Positions 12,420 to 25,020 of a stretch of DNA of 64,000 nucleotides are shown in pieces; the first letter of the stretch is position 1; each line of letters starts with the position of its first letter. The stretch is from Octopus vulgaris (lineage: Eukaryota): the NCBI GenBank assembly GCA_951406725.2, contig OX597818.1, positions 89,838,001 to 89,902,000 of the forward strand, written 5' to 3'. Both the position numbers and the translations under genes were made by a program. The notes under the pieces are model-generated. The model made no database searches and was not told where the DNA came from. It saw nothing but the letters and a program-made list of their open reading frames with translations.

Positions 12420-14474
12420 GCTTGCTCTGTGTGTGTTTCCTGTTGTGGGTAAGTTGTGTTTCATTGTGTACTGCCCGTTTTTGAATACCTTGTTCGTTAT
12501 ACTGCCTTGCGGCAATTGTTAGCATTGTTGAATTACTACGAAAAGACTTGCTTGTTGAAAGCATTTATTATTCATTCCCCCGTTGGGGGGAATAATTATA
12601 ATTGTGTTGTGAAAGAAGAAAATGTGTGGCTATAAGCAAAGTGCAAAAATGGAAAATATGTTTGAAGACCTGTCTAGTTCAGCAGAAGGATCGCCTATGA
12701 CTCCACAAGAAGAGTTCCCAAGACTCCCGTCTGAGACCTCTAAAAAAAAAATATTGTAACGAAAAAAAAAAAAAAAAAAAAAAATAGATGTAAAAAGTTT
12801 GCAAAAGGAAGAAAAAGTTTTGCGTCGGCAGCCGGTAGTAGAACCAGGCAACTCTCGACGGGAAAAGAACTTAAAAAGTATAACACAATGATGCAAAACG
12901 GTGGAAACGTCGTGAAGGTTGAATCACCGGAGAAATTATTACAAGAGTAGAAAAGGAAAGCGATAATCTACAAGACAACTTAAAGAGTAAAAAAAAATGG
13001 ACAGGATGGCAGAAGAAATCATAGAGACGTAGGCAGGAGCAAAGATTGACCGAGGAAAATTAGTCAGCTTGCAACTCAGAACCTGGAAGGGCAAGTCGGT
13101 GCCTTCGAATAGCATCGTGGACGTTGGACGCAAGGCTCGGTTAAGTTGCTAGGAGTCTGTTTTGCCCCAGATCTCCAAGAAGAAAAGAACTGGACTGAGG
13201 TATCGAAGAAAGTGGCCCTCGTAGTCAAAACCTGGTCTTGGCGGTGGCTGTCCTTTAAAAGGAGGGCAGAGGTGGCCAATGTGTTCAGAGCCTTAGTTCT
13301 ATTTTTCAATATAACCGTAGTTCCTTGTCCATATTCGTGGTTGAGCAAGTTGGAGAGAGGTCTTCCGCTTCCTGTGGAAAGGCTAAACTCCACTTGTGAG
13401 GCATTCTATCTGCTATCAAAAACCGTTAGAGGGTGGACTATGGATACCCTGGCTGTTGATACGCAAACATGCGTTGAGGTTGAGGCACCTCTAGTTTCAC
13501 CTGGATGGTGAACGGGTGTGGTCTCCGCTTCCGAAACGGATGTTTCCCAAGTTCACTTGTTTTGGTGGACGAGAAAGCTGGTTTCGTCGAAGGTCGAGGT
13601 TGAGTACTTTGTATACGGAGTGTCTTAAGGCTCTCCTACAGTTCCGTCGTTCGTGTAATGCCAGCGGTTTTGGTACCACCGCGTCTTTCTATAGCTGGTT
13701 GGTGGAGGCTTGAAGCGATAATACCCTAGGGGAGACCCTGGGTCTCGATAACAACCAGTTAAACAGTCTTTTCCAAGGTACACTGGGGCCGAAGACTGGA
13801 TAATTTCCAAAGATCTCTGGCCTGGTAATGTTACGGAGGAGCCTTACCCGCTCGGAATGAGCTCACCTGACACAGTCAACCAGATATTGTTCGGAAGTCC
13901 GAAAGTGTCAGAAGTGTGGACTTATGCGGAACACCTGTTAGACACAAGAGTACAGCTGTCGTCTGAGTCAATTTTAAAAATTAACCCATCGGATTTCCTC
14001 ACGAAAGAAGGTAAGAATTGCTTTCTCGTAGTAGTAGCAATTGCGAAAGAGATTATATAGAAGACGAGAATGAAAGGATTGGCGACGGCCAACTTCCTCT
14101 CCGGTCTGGGGTTGGTGAGATTCATCACCTTTCACCTGTAAAGGAAAGCGGGCTGGAGAGGGGATGCCTGTCGGAGAGGATGTTTAAAGACATGAATGTG
14201 TGTATCGAGGATGCTGGGTGTGAAAGACTCCTCGTGAACGTACCAGAAGGCTGAACAAAAAAGGTACCGGTAGCAGAATAGAGCTCGCGGGCTTGGAAAC
14301 CTGTTTTATATCTCATTGCGCATGTGTATTTTGTCTTTTGTATTGTTTTTCATTCGGCTGTAATTCATCCGATTTTATTGTAAACGTTTATAAATTTTTA
14401 TTATCATTTGTGTGTCAGACCCCGATCAGGCTGTGCTGTCCTCTCTATGTTGGACCATGTGGGCAATAAAGAAA
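12420..14474 (+). mobile_element. Internally deleted Tx1/L1-like LINE (5' UTR, ORF1 start, ORF2 C-terminal third)
   Basis: LLGVCFAPDLQEEKNW...WSWRWLSFKRRAEVAN and LRLRHL segments are homologous to 5985-6820. Tail TGTCC..ATGTGGGCAATAAAGAAA. Confidence 0.85.
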
Positions 14475-14479
14475 CAAGT

Positions 14480-17400
14480 TAATTCCCCCGCGCGTGGGGC
14501 GGCAAATTATAACTTTTGCTGCGAAAGCATAATTTTGCTGTGCGGCGTAGGCCGAAATTTTTGAAAATCTTGTTTTCGCCATTTGTATAAAATGGAAAAT
14601 TTAAACACACCGGAATTGTCTATCACAGGGAAACTTTCAAGAGAGGAGCGAGGAAATGAACGAACCAAGTACATCAAATAACAAATAAGCCAAACTTGCC
14701 AGTAAAGTTAGAGATCAAAAGAAATGTTGTGGTGGTAAGCCTGGCAACACTGGCAAGATGCCAGCAAATAACGGAAAGCCGCCGAGGAAAATAGATTTCG
14801 CGGCAGCAGCTAAAGATAAAATTAGGAAAATTAATACAGAGAAACTAAAGGAACAGAAAACAAGGGAAGGGACAGAAATAAAAGTAACCCCTCCACAAAG
14901 TATAGCAGAAGAATTGAAAAGAACTAATTTATAAAACGTACAAAGTGAAAGTCAAGAAAATGGACTACGTCTCAGAGAAAGCCGAAAGATGCCTCAAACC
15001 CATTTAACACGAAATAACTTACCTCACAAGAGGTAAGAGATATGCAACGGTGAAGCTTAAAATGGAGTCAGCGGAAAAAGCGATGCTCCATTCAGTGGAC
15101 CCATTAAGAACCGACGAAATGGTGCTCCTGCCCATATATATGGGGAAGAGAACTTCGAGCATTAATATAAGCAATATACCACCAGAAGATCACACCGCTG
15201 GAGGCAGTGGAAATGGAAGAAAGAAACCGACAAGGTCAAGGTGTTAAAATTACTATTCAAGCTGAGCTCTTGACGTTAGAAATTCCAGAGAACAGAAGTA
15301 GGAGAGACCAGGTTAGTGGTAATAGACGAGGGGAGGCAACCACAGTGCATTAACTGTTGTAAAAAAAAAAAAAAAAAAAGGCCAATTGTAATCCTTCCAG
15401 AAAAAGAGGTTGAAAAAAACGTTGGAAGTGAAAGTGACAGAAACCAACAGCGGAACACCAATAAACAATGATGGGAGGGGAGTGGCCCGCGGTTAAAAAT
15501 AGAAAAATCAAACGAACCTCCCCGCAAAAACACAATAGCAGAACAATGAAAAAGGCGAAACAAATGGAGGAGAATTGTAAAGGTTTTGTGATTTATCACT
15601 CAAAAAATTACAACATATTCGTGAATGAGTACAGGAATGATGTAGCCCCCCCCCTGAGACTGGACATCTCACCTTTAATCTACGAAGGCCTAATCAATCC
15701 GATTCCACGAGACCGTGAAAAGAAAAGGAGGCGTATCCCCCACCCGCCTCCAGTCATCGACTAGACAAGTTAAGACTTTATGGCTGTTCACGTAGGTTGT
15801 GTAAATGTACGTGGCCTGCAGTCTAGTTGGAAGCAAAGGCGTTCCCTAAATCATGTTAGGGCACGGAACTTAGATGTTATTGCTGCTACTGAAACCTGGT
15901 TAAAAGGGCCAAGAGATCTGCTCCCATTCCTGGACGGTTACGAGAAGTTTATTTCTCCAGGCCGGCCTGTGGGCGGAGGTGTGGTGTTGGTCCTACTAAA
16001 AAACTAGGTTTCCATGAAAAGTTAATTTTTGCTGATCCAGAAGGTAGGCTCGTCGTTTTGGATTTGACGTTCAGCTGCGGTAAGAAAATCAGACTGGTTG
16101 CAATTTACGCACCCAGTCATGGTCAGATTGATTATTTTCGTGAGCTGGAGAAGTTTCTGGGAACATCACATTTACTAGTTCTGTTAGGAGACTAACACTA
16201 TTCACGATGTACGTGTGGATTGTGTTGGCTCGAATACTGATAGAACAAATATTGGCTTCCGGGATCTACTAAGTCGCTTTCAGCTAGTAGATCCATACAG
16301 ACCAGAATTCCCGAACGCCCCATTGTGAACATGGTCAAACAGCGACGGGTCTTCAAGGTCTTACATAGGATTCTAATTAGAAAGATAAAAATATAGCTAA
16401 ATGTCCATAGTTTCACCTGGTCAGCTACAGTGGTTACAAGTTTGTCACTTGTAAGCTGAACTTGTAAGCTATATAGTAAAGGCTCCGGGTACAGGAAACT
16501 CAGAGGTCCCTTTTGATGATTGAAGAGCACAGGAACTGCATTAAGTCATTGATAGAGGGTAATGACCGGTACTATTATTAACGACAAATACTGGTATGCC
16601 CTAAAAAGAGCCATTATATTTGCGTCTATTATATGTAGCATTGGTTTAGTGGCTAGTGAACGTAGGAGGGAAGTATAATTATCTAAGGCCGCAGAGGAAG
16701 CCGTGGTGACTGGCAATGCATCTCGAGTGAAGGCAAAAAGACTGCAATTAAACCAGCGCCCCGAAGCTAAGCACATTGGGTGTATTGTCAGGCTAAACCT
16801 CGTGCAATGGGTTGCAAGGGGATCAAGATCGCTGGATGGGCCCCGAGTGCTGGAAGCCCAACGTGGAAATGATTTTACAGTTCGATCTTTGGTGAGTTTG
16901 TAAACGAACGCGATATCCGGATGACTTTTCAGGAGCACTTCTCCCAGCTTTTCGGTGAGGGGGGGGGGCGATGGACCGGACAGCAGATTGGACCTTTCGA
17001 ACTTCCTCGCAGGGCTGCTGCGTCTCTTGGAGGAGGATGCGGAGGGCTGTGAAGAGTCGATCACACCTGAGGAAGTGATAGGGGTCAGAGCAGACTGCGG
17101 CGTTGGTAAGACGCCGGGTTTTGATAGTCTGCCATACGAATTGTATAAAAGTATGCCAGACTTGTTCGGGCACATAGTGGCGAACTGGCAGCAGAACAGA
17201 AGGATTCCCAGATCTATGTGCCGGGGAGTAGTGACTGGTCAAAAAGGACCCGGACACGGGGGATAGAATAGATAATTTTAGGCCCATCACTTTCCTCGCC
17301 AGGCTGCTGGGTCTGTTGGGGCAGGATGCGGAGGGATGTGAAGGGTCAATCACACCTGAGGAAGTGATAGGGTTCAGAGCAGACTGCGGCGTTGGTAAGA

Positions 17401-17495
17401 CGCCGGGTTTTGATGGCTTGCCATAGGAACTGTATAAAAGTATGCCAAACTTATTTGGGCACATACTGACCGGGTTTTACGCGCACTGGCAGCGT
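14480..17495 (+). mobile_element. Tx1/L1-like LINE, 3'-truncated (ORF1, APE endonuclease, start of RT)
   Basis: ORF1 pieces (HSVDPLRTDEMVLLPIYMGKRT). ORF2 starts at 15780 (MAVHVGCVNVRGL...DVIAATETWL) and includes GKTPGFDSLPYELYK. Many stops. Confidence 0.85.
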
Positions 17496-19387
17496 AAGAA
17501 AAACATTGAGACATGTAGGCTGTTCAAAACCAAGACTGAAGGCATTATTCGCTTCGTTGCCAACTGCGGTATCATCTAACGGAGTTAGAACAGGATAAAA
17601 AATATAGAAGATGAAATTAACTGTATTAAGACCGAAGGGCCAAAAGAATAATGGCGGTATTTAAAAATTGAAGTAGCCACTAAGCTAAAACACCCGATTA
17701 AATATTCTTGTGTAGGATCACAAGAAACAGCTATGCTCTTGTGGAAATCAATAACCAACTGGACACCTGTGTGGTCGGAAAGAGAGACGAATGAAGACAA
17801 TCGTATAGACTCGGTAGTAAGTATCAATGTGATCTAGTGTGCGTCGGAGTGAGTGTGCCCGATAGGCCGTGCGACGCTATACTGTCCCTGTAGAGGGACA
17901 ATGACAAAATAACCTTCAAAATGTTGGTATCATGGTCAAGGTATTCAAAAACAATATTAACTATAACGAAGTTTAAAGCAATTTGGACCATCAAGAATTT
18001 CTCTTCACAACAAATGACAACATTCAGGTACATAATCTAGTAAGAATTTTATATATTGATACAGAGATTCCAAAGTTAAGGAAATAAAGAGATCGAGTCG
18101 ACACCAAAACGTTGGTACATATTGTACTGAATGCGAATATGTGAAGTCGACCCAGCTAGGATTTGAATTCGGAACGCGAGATTCTTAATTGTCATAGTAG
18201 AAACATTGGTAACAGGTTAAATTAACCATTCCACTAACTCTAGAGAACCACAATAAGAAATCTAGTGTTTTTAGCTTTAGATTTACGGAGATGACATTTA
18301 TTTTTACCCTAAATATGAAGCTAGTCTATTGTAGGTGAAGTTTTTTTTTCCAACCTTCTAACGTTAATTAAAAACTGAATTTGTAGTTTCGTGAAGAGGT
18401 CGACCTGTCCAAAAGATGAAAAAAAAAATGCAAGACAACCTGGTTGCATTAATGATTAATATTTAAGAGATCAATGTCAGAAATTAAAGGCTGCTGCTCG
18501 AGCTTCCTGGCCAGAAGTTGCTTGAATTACATTAAAAAACCTAGTCAATACATTTTTCAAAGGTGTCGTCAGTATACAACGTTTCACGCTCCTGATCGAA
18601 CTTCAAGGTTATTAATGGTCTCACAAAAGTAAAATTGTTTTCAAATATTTTAGGTTTTTATCAAAAATAAATTGTCTTGTAATAGATGCATCCAGTAGCA
18701 CTGTACGAAGCATAAGACTAGTATTCCCTTCTTTAGAAGTTTAACCCGTTAATTAAAAGCGACCACTTATTTCAAAAGTAGAATAGCCGAGCATGTCTTC
18801 TAGCTGCACTCAAGGACATGGCGATTAAGGACCGCCTAAATAGATTAAAATTTAAGAAAAAAGGGGACCATGCGGTAAACAAAAGGAACCTTTGGCTCCA
18901 GAAGTTATTTTTCTTTCAGAGTAAAGCATATTGCAACGCCAGCAAATGAGTCAGCTAGTGAACCAGAAGTTTAGTACAGAGCTGGTATCTGCAAAACACG
19001 GCGTTTATTAGAAAACTTTAAAGTAGTTCAGCTATGTAGCTTTTACGTTTTATCATTTTGGAACTCAATAAATGCGACTGCATTTTATTTTGTTCAAAGA
19101 GACTACTTTGAAGCATTTCACCGTCTGTTGAACACTGATAAGTGCGCATCGTTCCTCAGTCTATATCTTTGCCAAACAAGAACCTAAATGTAATGACTAC
19201 ATGATGTAGCATATCATGCATTTATTGGCGGAGTGATTAAATGTTTATGCACAACATGGCGTATAGATTTTATGCATAGGCGCTCCAAATTGAAGTCAAT
19301 AAGGTCAGACAAAAGACAGGTGTTAAACTTGAAATAGAAAATTAAAATTCCGCTACAGGAGACCTTTAAAACGTTTTAACTGTTCTA

Positions 19388-19495
19388 TCAGAGTGCCGCA
19401 TCAGTAGTGTAGAATTTCTGCTTGTAATACAGTCCTTTCATCATGGTTGCTCTCTTCGCATTTATACGATAAAATTCTTTATCAGAGAAGCCAAC
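19388..19495 (-). CDS. Candidate terminal coding exon of an unidentified gene
   Basis: Strong acceptor TATTTTCTTCTCTTTCAG, then an open phase-0 frame VGFSDKEFYRINAKRATMMKGLYYKQKFYTTDAAL ending TGA TAG in non-repeat sequence. No partner exon found. Confidence 0.3.
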   Translation of the reverse strand, partial: VGFSDKEFYRINAKRATMMKGLYYKQKFYTTDAAL

Positions 19496-19789
19496 CTGAA
19501 AGAGAAGAAAATATTTTAGAGTAAAATATAGGTTACTTTATCTAATAAGTTGAAGACAATGAACGAAAATAAGGAGGTCGAAATAAATTAACATTCTGGA
19601 TTAAATAAGTACTAAATGATTTTACGGTAGAGCAGCAATATTTGTTCTCGTCCCTTTTTATACAGGACTTCAAATCCTGCCGTGATCCACTTAGTCATTC
19701 CGAGAGTAATAAAATAATCATACACTAATACTTATGTATACTCACATTCGCACACGCATGTATAAATGTTAATTGAATCATCTATATAT

Positions 19790-19937
19790 CTTTTTCTTTA
19801 TTACCCACAAGGTGTAAAACAGAGGGGACAAACAAGGACAGATAAACGGATTAAGTCGATCACATCGACTCCAGTGCGCAACTGGTACTTAATTTATCGA
19901 CCCCGAAAGGATGAAAAGCAACGTCGACCTCGGCGTT
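19790..19937 (-). mobile_element. SINE family B fragment with Tx1-type tail
   Basis: TTTCTTTATTACCCACAAGG...GGACAAACAAGGACAG...ATCGACCCCGAAAGGATGAAA...GTCGACCTCGGCG. Confidence 0.85.
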
Positions 19938-20221
19938 AAGAATTAAACCGTTCAAGCTATCTTAAGGCACAACTATAATCAATTTACTTCCAATTTATTT
20001 AATGTGTCAATATTTTCGTGGCAAAATCGCAACTCAGTCACTAATAGTTATGATTTCGGAAATTTATGAAGTTTAACCAAAACAATATACTAAATACACT
20101 CCACCCGAAGAAAAATAATGAAAAATTCTAACCGAAAAACTATAATTTCAAAACTAAAAGCAAAAAACAAACTAAAAATGATTAAAAACAAATAAACCAA
20201 ACAAAAATAAGTAAAAACAAT

Positions 20222-20530
20222 ACCATTTAATGTCCGCTTTCTATGCAGGCATGGGTTGGACAGTTTGACAAGCTAGCTAGGCAGAAGACTGGACCAAGGT
20301 TCAGCCCCTGTTTTGGCATTTTTTACAGCTGGATGCCCTTCCTAACACCAGCCACGCCGTAAAGTGGACGGTGCTTTTACGTGGCACCTGCACCGGCGAA
20401 GTCAGCTTTGGCATGGTCTTTACAGCTGGATGTCCATCCAAGTGACAACCACTTTACGGTGTGAACTGGATGTTTTTGACGTCGCATCAGCACTGGTCGT
20501 CAAGCCACTTGCAAGACAAAGATACTTTGA
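20222..20530 (-). repeat. SINE or LINE-tail-like interspersed repeat
   Basis: TTTTACAGCTGGATGCCCTTCCTAAC motif present twice; recalled as common in invertebrate SINEs. Family not assigned. Confidence 0.5.
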
Positions 20531-21589
20531 GAGGTAAGGGAGCACTGGAGATCTTGTGGTAAAAGACGAAAGGTTAGAGTGTGACAGTGAGATGAAAACT
20601 GGTCTTGCCGTAGGAGATACATAGTTATCTGGTCAGAAAGAGAGAGAGAGAGAGAGAGATCAGGAATAAGGGCAGGCTGTTGCTGTAGAGATACATAGTT
20701 AATCAACCAGAGGGAGAGAGAGTACAAAAGAGTGACAGTGTGAAAGAACAGGAGAGATAGTAGCGAAGTGCCAGGGGATACTCACAAGTGACGGGATCAG
20801 AATATAAATTCAAAATAACTGAAAATAGATACAAATGAATAAATGTTCTAGGACACGTGCACTGGGTTGCAAATTGCCGTCTCAAATTTATGACACTTTT
20901 ACAGACAATAAAACCGTATGGAAGCATACGACAATAAAAATTCATAAAATATATTGTGATACATGAACTTACTTTTTAATTGTCTTGCTTGGTGGTTGTT
21001 ACCCACGATGTCAGTCTTGATTAAGCACACCTAAGATTCCAACTATAATCATTTCGTAGTTTCAGGTAGTCTGAAGATCTATATTAAGTTTAACTCTTAA
21101 GCATTCAGACTACTCAGTAAAAATGTAATGCTTGTTTATTCGCATTCTTTTGAATTAATCACGCTTCTCATAATCTCAAGATTTTGGGGGATGTGATTGT
21201 TTCTTTTTAGAAGTTATTGTAGGGTAGGTGTGAAAGGCAGGCTCTGATCTGCTTGAACACAAAACATGAAGGATATTTTGGCCCGATATGATCGGTTTAA
21301 ATAAGGGATTAAGAGAGATTTACCTGTTATCCATAGCCTGTCTAGCGTCCACGTAGAGTAGGAAACACCATATTCAAATTTGAACTAGCCCTTTGACACT
21401 GCCTAAAGTCTGAAAGAATAAAACTTTTAGGTCAAAATATGAGGCTGCTGGCTGACGCTTCGAAATACGGTCTTTTTTCATTTGTTTCAGTCATTAGATT
21501 ACGATTGTGGGGGGGGGGGGTACCACCTTTAAGAGTTTAGTAAAAAAAAAAAAAAAAAAAAAAACCAACCCGAGTACATTTTTAAATGC

Positions 21590-21850
21590 TTGTAACTATT
21601 GTAGGTCTTTTGCCGAACCGCTACGTTGCGGGGACGTGAAACCAGTAACGGTCGTCAAGTGATGTTTGGGAACTTGAGAGAGAGAGAGAGTGAGAGAGAT
21701 TCCTCAGTTTCCGTCTACCACATTCACTCACAAAGCCTTGTTCAGTCCGGAGCTATAATAGAAGACATTCGACCAAGGTACCACGCAGTGGGACTGATAC
21801 CCAAGCCAGGTAGTTGCAAAGTAAACTTCTAAACCACACAATCATACTTG
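21590..21850 (-). mobile_element. SINE family A, degenerate
   Basis: TTTTGCCGAACCGCTA, CAGTTTCCGTCTACCA and CCACGCAGTGGGACTGA are shared with other family A copies. Confidence 0.75.
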
Positions 21851-22440
21851 CACAAAAGCAGTTGCTTCAGTTTCGAAACCGAAATTCAACTAAATCAGGT
21901 TTCTGGTTGATAGAGAAAAACCACTGGTATTGTAGGTTAATCCTGAGGTTTAATAAATAGAATTCACTTTCGAGGTAAAGCTACTAAACTAGGAACCCAC
22001 TCACTACATAAATAGCAGAATAAACGCTAGTTTCTGAACTTTGCAAATACATGAAAATGTTATGAAAATTTAATACAAGACGTATAGTTAAGAAGTTCGT
22101 TTAGCATGCACATGGTTTCCGGTTCGGTGCAACTGCCTGGCATATTGGGAAAGTGTCTTCAACTATAGGTTTACCAATGTCTTCTGAGTGAAATTGGTCG
22201 AGAGAAATTGCCGAAGCTAGTCATATGAACGAGTGTGCGCATATATGTGCGTGTAGGTGTCCATATTCGAAAATACCTGGTTTAAAAATCAGTATTAGAG
22301 TTTATAATAATAGAGTAAAAGAATGAACCAATATGGCTGCTATCGATAGGCTAGACTACCTTCACTCCAGATGCTACAGTATAGTTGCTACCCAATGACT
22401 GACACACGTAAAAAAAAACAAAAAAAAGTAGTAAATATCC

Positions 22441-22658
22441 CTTATTTACATTCGACTGATATTTGTCATCTTGTTTGTTGTTAACGTTTCGGCTGATATA
22501 CCCTCCAGCCTTCTTCAGGTGTCTTGGGGAAATTTCGAACCTGGGTTCTCATTGCTAAGGTATTTTTCGACGTTATTATTGTTATTCAGGTCATTGCTTG
22601 GAATCGAACTCGGAATCTTGGTTAGTAGCTGGCACTCTTAACCACTACGCCATATGCC
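22441..22658 (-). mobile_element. tRNA-headed SINE family D with hammerhead tail
   Basis: The - strand has an A box (GGCGTAGTGGTTAAG), a B box (GAGTTCGATTCC) and an HHR core at 22483-22523. Confidence 0.85.
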
Positions 22659-22659
22659 T

Positions 22660-22699
22660 GTTAGAATATTTGCTACTACCACCGAGATCTGCACCTGCG
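22660..22699 (-). other. 40-nt 28S rRNA-derived fragment (not an rRNA gene)
   Basis: The - strand CGCAGGTGCAGATCTCGGTGGTAGTAGCAAATATTCTAAC matches the conserved LSU segment GCAGGTGCAGATCTTGGTGGTAGTAGCAAATATTCAAAC as recalled, with about 2 mismatches. Confidence 0.85.
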
Positions 22700-22916
22700 T
22701 AGTGGTTAAGGGCGCGGGCTACCAACCCCGAGATTCCGAGTTCGATTCCAAGCAGTGACCTGAACAATAATAACATCGAAAAATACATTAGGAATGAGAA
22801 CCTAGATTCGAAATTTCCCCAAGACACCTGAAGAAGGCTGGAGGGCATATCAGCCGAAACGTTGCTTAACAAACAAGATGAGGTCAAATACCCGTTAATT
22901 GTAAATAATTCATCTC
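22697..22916 (+). mobile_element. tRNA-headed SINE family D with hammerhead tail
   Basis: GCGTAGTGGTTAAG...GAGTTCGATTCC, then GACAC-CTGAAGA-A-GGCTG..CAGCC-GAAAC-GTT at 22823-22863. Inverted relative to 22441-22658. Confidence 0.85.
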
Positions 22917-23440
22917 TTAAACAGAATTGGGTACTACTTAAGAACGGTGGTCCCGGTGCGCGCACTCGCGCATCCACGCTAGCTAGTCGTAAGTAGTCGA
23001 TCCTACAACGACTAATTAGCGCGAGTATGCAAATTAAAAAAAGACGCGTGCACGCGCAATACATGTTTGTATTTCAAGGCTGAATACATATCAAATAAAA
23101 ATTTAAAAAAAACAAAAAACAAATAGGGATTTTTTTAAACAATGTATATAATATTTTTACACAAATTAAATATTTTTCGAACAAAGTAAATAAAACGCAA
23201 AGTAAATCATTTGTTAAACTAAGCAAATTTTTTTTTAAACAAACTATTTTTTTTTAAACAAACTAAATTCTTTTTTCTAATCGACTAAATATTTTTTTTT
23301 AACAAATTAAATAAAAATAACACACTACCTGTTTTTGGTAACTTGGCACTTTTTTACGGCGACGAAAACTACCGAATATTGGTACCATTGAATAACAGTT
23401 GTTTGTGAGAGACGGCCATCTCAGTCGATGTATGTATGGC

Positions 23441-25020
23441 GTGGAGTGGTTGTTTTTTTTTTGTGAGCTGCTGACTGTTTGTCGAATATATTATTGTTAA
23501 ACGGTTTTTGTTGTACGGTTGCACGGTGTTTGTCTGTCTGTGCTGAGACAGACAAGGACAGCCCCTCCCTAATGGGAGAAACGGCAAGAAACGTCTGAGG
23601 AGGAATTGGAGGAAGCAGTAAAAAGAATGGACCAAAAATTAGGTAATACTTATGCTGGAGTAGCCAAAAAATCAGAGGAGAAAGAGTTGGACTTAGCCAA
23701 GTTAACAGAAGTTTATCAAGAAGGACGGCGGTGAGGTGGAACTAGCACCACCACCTAAACGTAGAGAATGGTACGAGAAAAGGACCATTACATACAGGGT
23801 CTATGTAAACGGAAAGAAAAAAAATCGAAGTGGTAAATATGGAATGGATAGAAGAGGCTCTGAGAAGAACAGAGGAGGAGATAACATTTCTGACAAAAGG
23901 TACAAGCTACGGTACTGTGGTGGTACAGTTTAGGAATGAAAATGTAGCAAGGAGGATGGCGGCGAAAGCAGTAAAGTCTGAGAGGGTATTCTTTTTGCCC
24001 TCATACTTAAACAGGAAAACCACTAGAATAAGGGTAGAGGGAATACCCCCAAATGTCGAAGCGGAATGGATTGTGGCAGCTATAATTAGCGGTCATGAAG
24101 GAGAAGTGGACATCCTCCATGCCACGGTAAAAATCGAAGGCTGGAGAGGCGCAACGCTAGATATGAATGTACAAGCGGAGGATGAAGTACTAGAGAATTT
24201 AACAGAGAACATCAGATTGGGAGGCGTTATCATGAGAGTGTGGGTGGAGGGCAGAGCTCCATGCTGTTACAAGTGTGGCCTGAGAGGGCACATAAGAGCT
24301 AACTGGCCTCCCCCAGAGAAAGATACGGATGCGGAACCACAAAGAGAGGCGGAAGAGGTGCAGAAACCAGAAGAGAAAGAGACAACACAAGAGGAAGAGG
24401 TTTCAAAAGAATGGGAAGAAGCCAGGAAAAAGAGGAAGAGAAGAATAAGAAGAAAAGCAAATAGTACGGAACCCCAATCCACCCCAACACCACCCACACC
24501 CTCTCCCTGCAGACAGTGAACCCATCCGCTCCCCTCCAACAAGAAAACAGAAAAGAAAAGACACACACAACCAAGATACAAAAAATGAACCCAGGCCCAA
24601 CATTGTATGTATGACGAGAAAAGAAAAGATTAAAAAGACGATGGAAGAATATCAATGGTGTGACAGAGGACCGATCAGATATGCAGTAATTGAAAAGGAT
24701 CGAATGGACGAGTTTATGGTAATGTGTGAAAGGGAGGATTGGGAAGTAAGTGAAGTAAGAATGGTCGAAAAAAATCATGAGGGATTTGGAAGAGACGTTT
24801 GAGAGAAGGATGGAGATGGATGGATTTTGTATAGGAACTGAACAAGGAGCATTTGTTTGGGACTAATAACTGAAGGACAGTTAAGTGATGCTAGCGGATG
24901 GGGCCGTTAGCGTCGCTTTCATAATATCATTTTCATAAATTCATGTATTCATTATTATGTTTTGTGTTCCCAATGTTTGTACTGTCCGTTCTATGTCGCC
25001 CGCTATGGGTAATAAAGAAA
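23441..25020 (+). mobile_element. ORF1-only non-autonomous LINE with perfect 20-bp TSD
   Basis: TCAGTCGATGTATGTATGGC at 23421-23440 and 25021-25040. ORF 23830-24519 has CCYKCGLRGHIRA. No EN or RT sequence. Tail TGTCC...ATGGGTAATAAAGAAA. Confidence 0.9.

Noticed and set aside
17585-17827. ORF with SDH motif suggesting an endonuclease fragment
   Set aside because: Too short and lacking other APE motifs.
18440-18590. Tc1-like transposase C-terminal remnant (LKAAARASW...LKNLVN)
   Set aside because: Too degenerate and no TIR found.
22697-22770. Possible tRNA genes at SINE heads (also 30361, 36711, 55029, 57379, 61382)
   Set aside because: A and B boxes are present, but no complete cloverleaf was evident and each continues into a repeat body.
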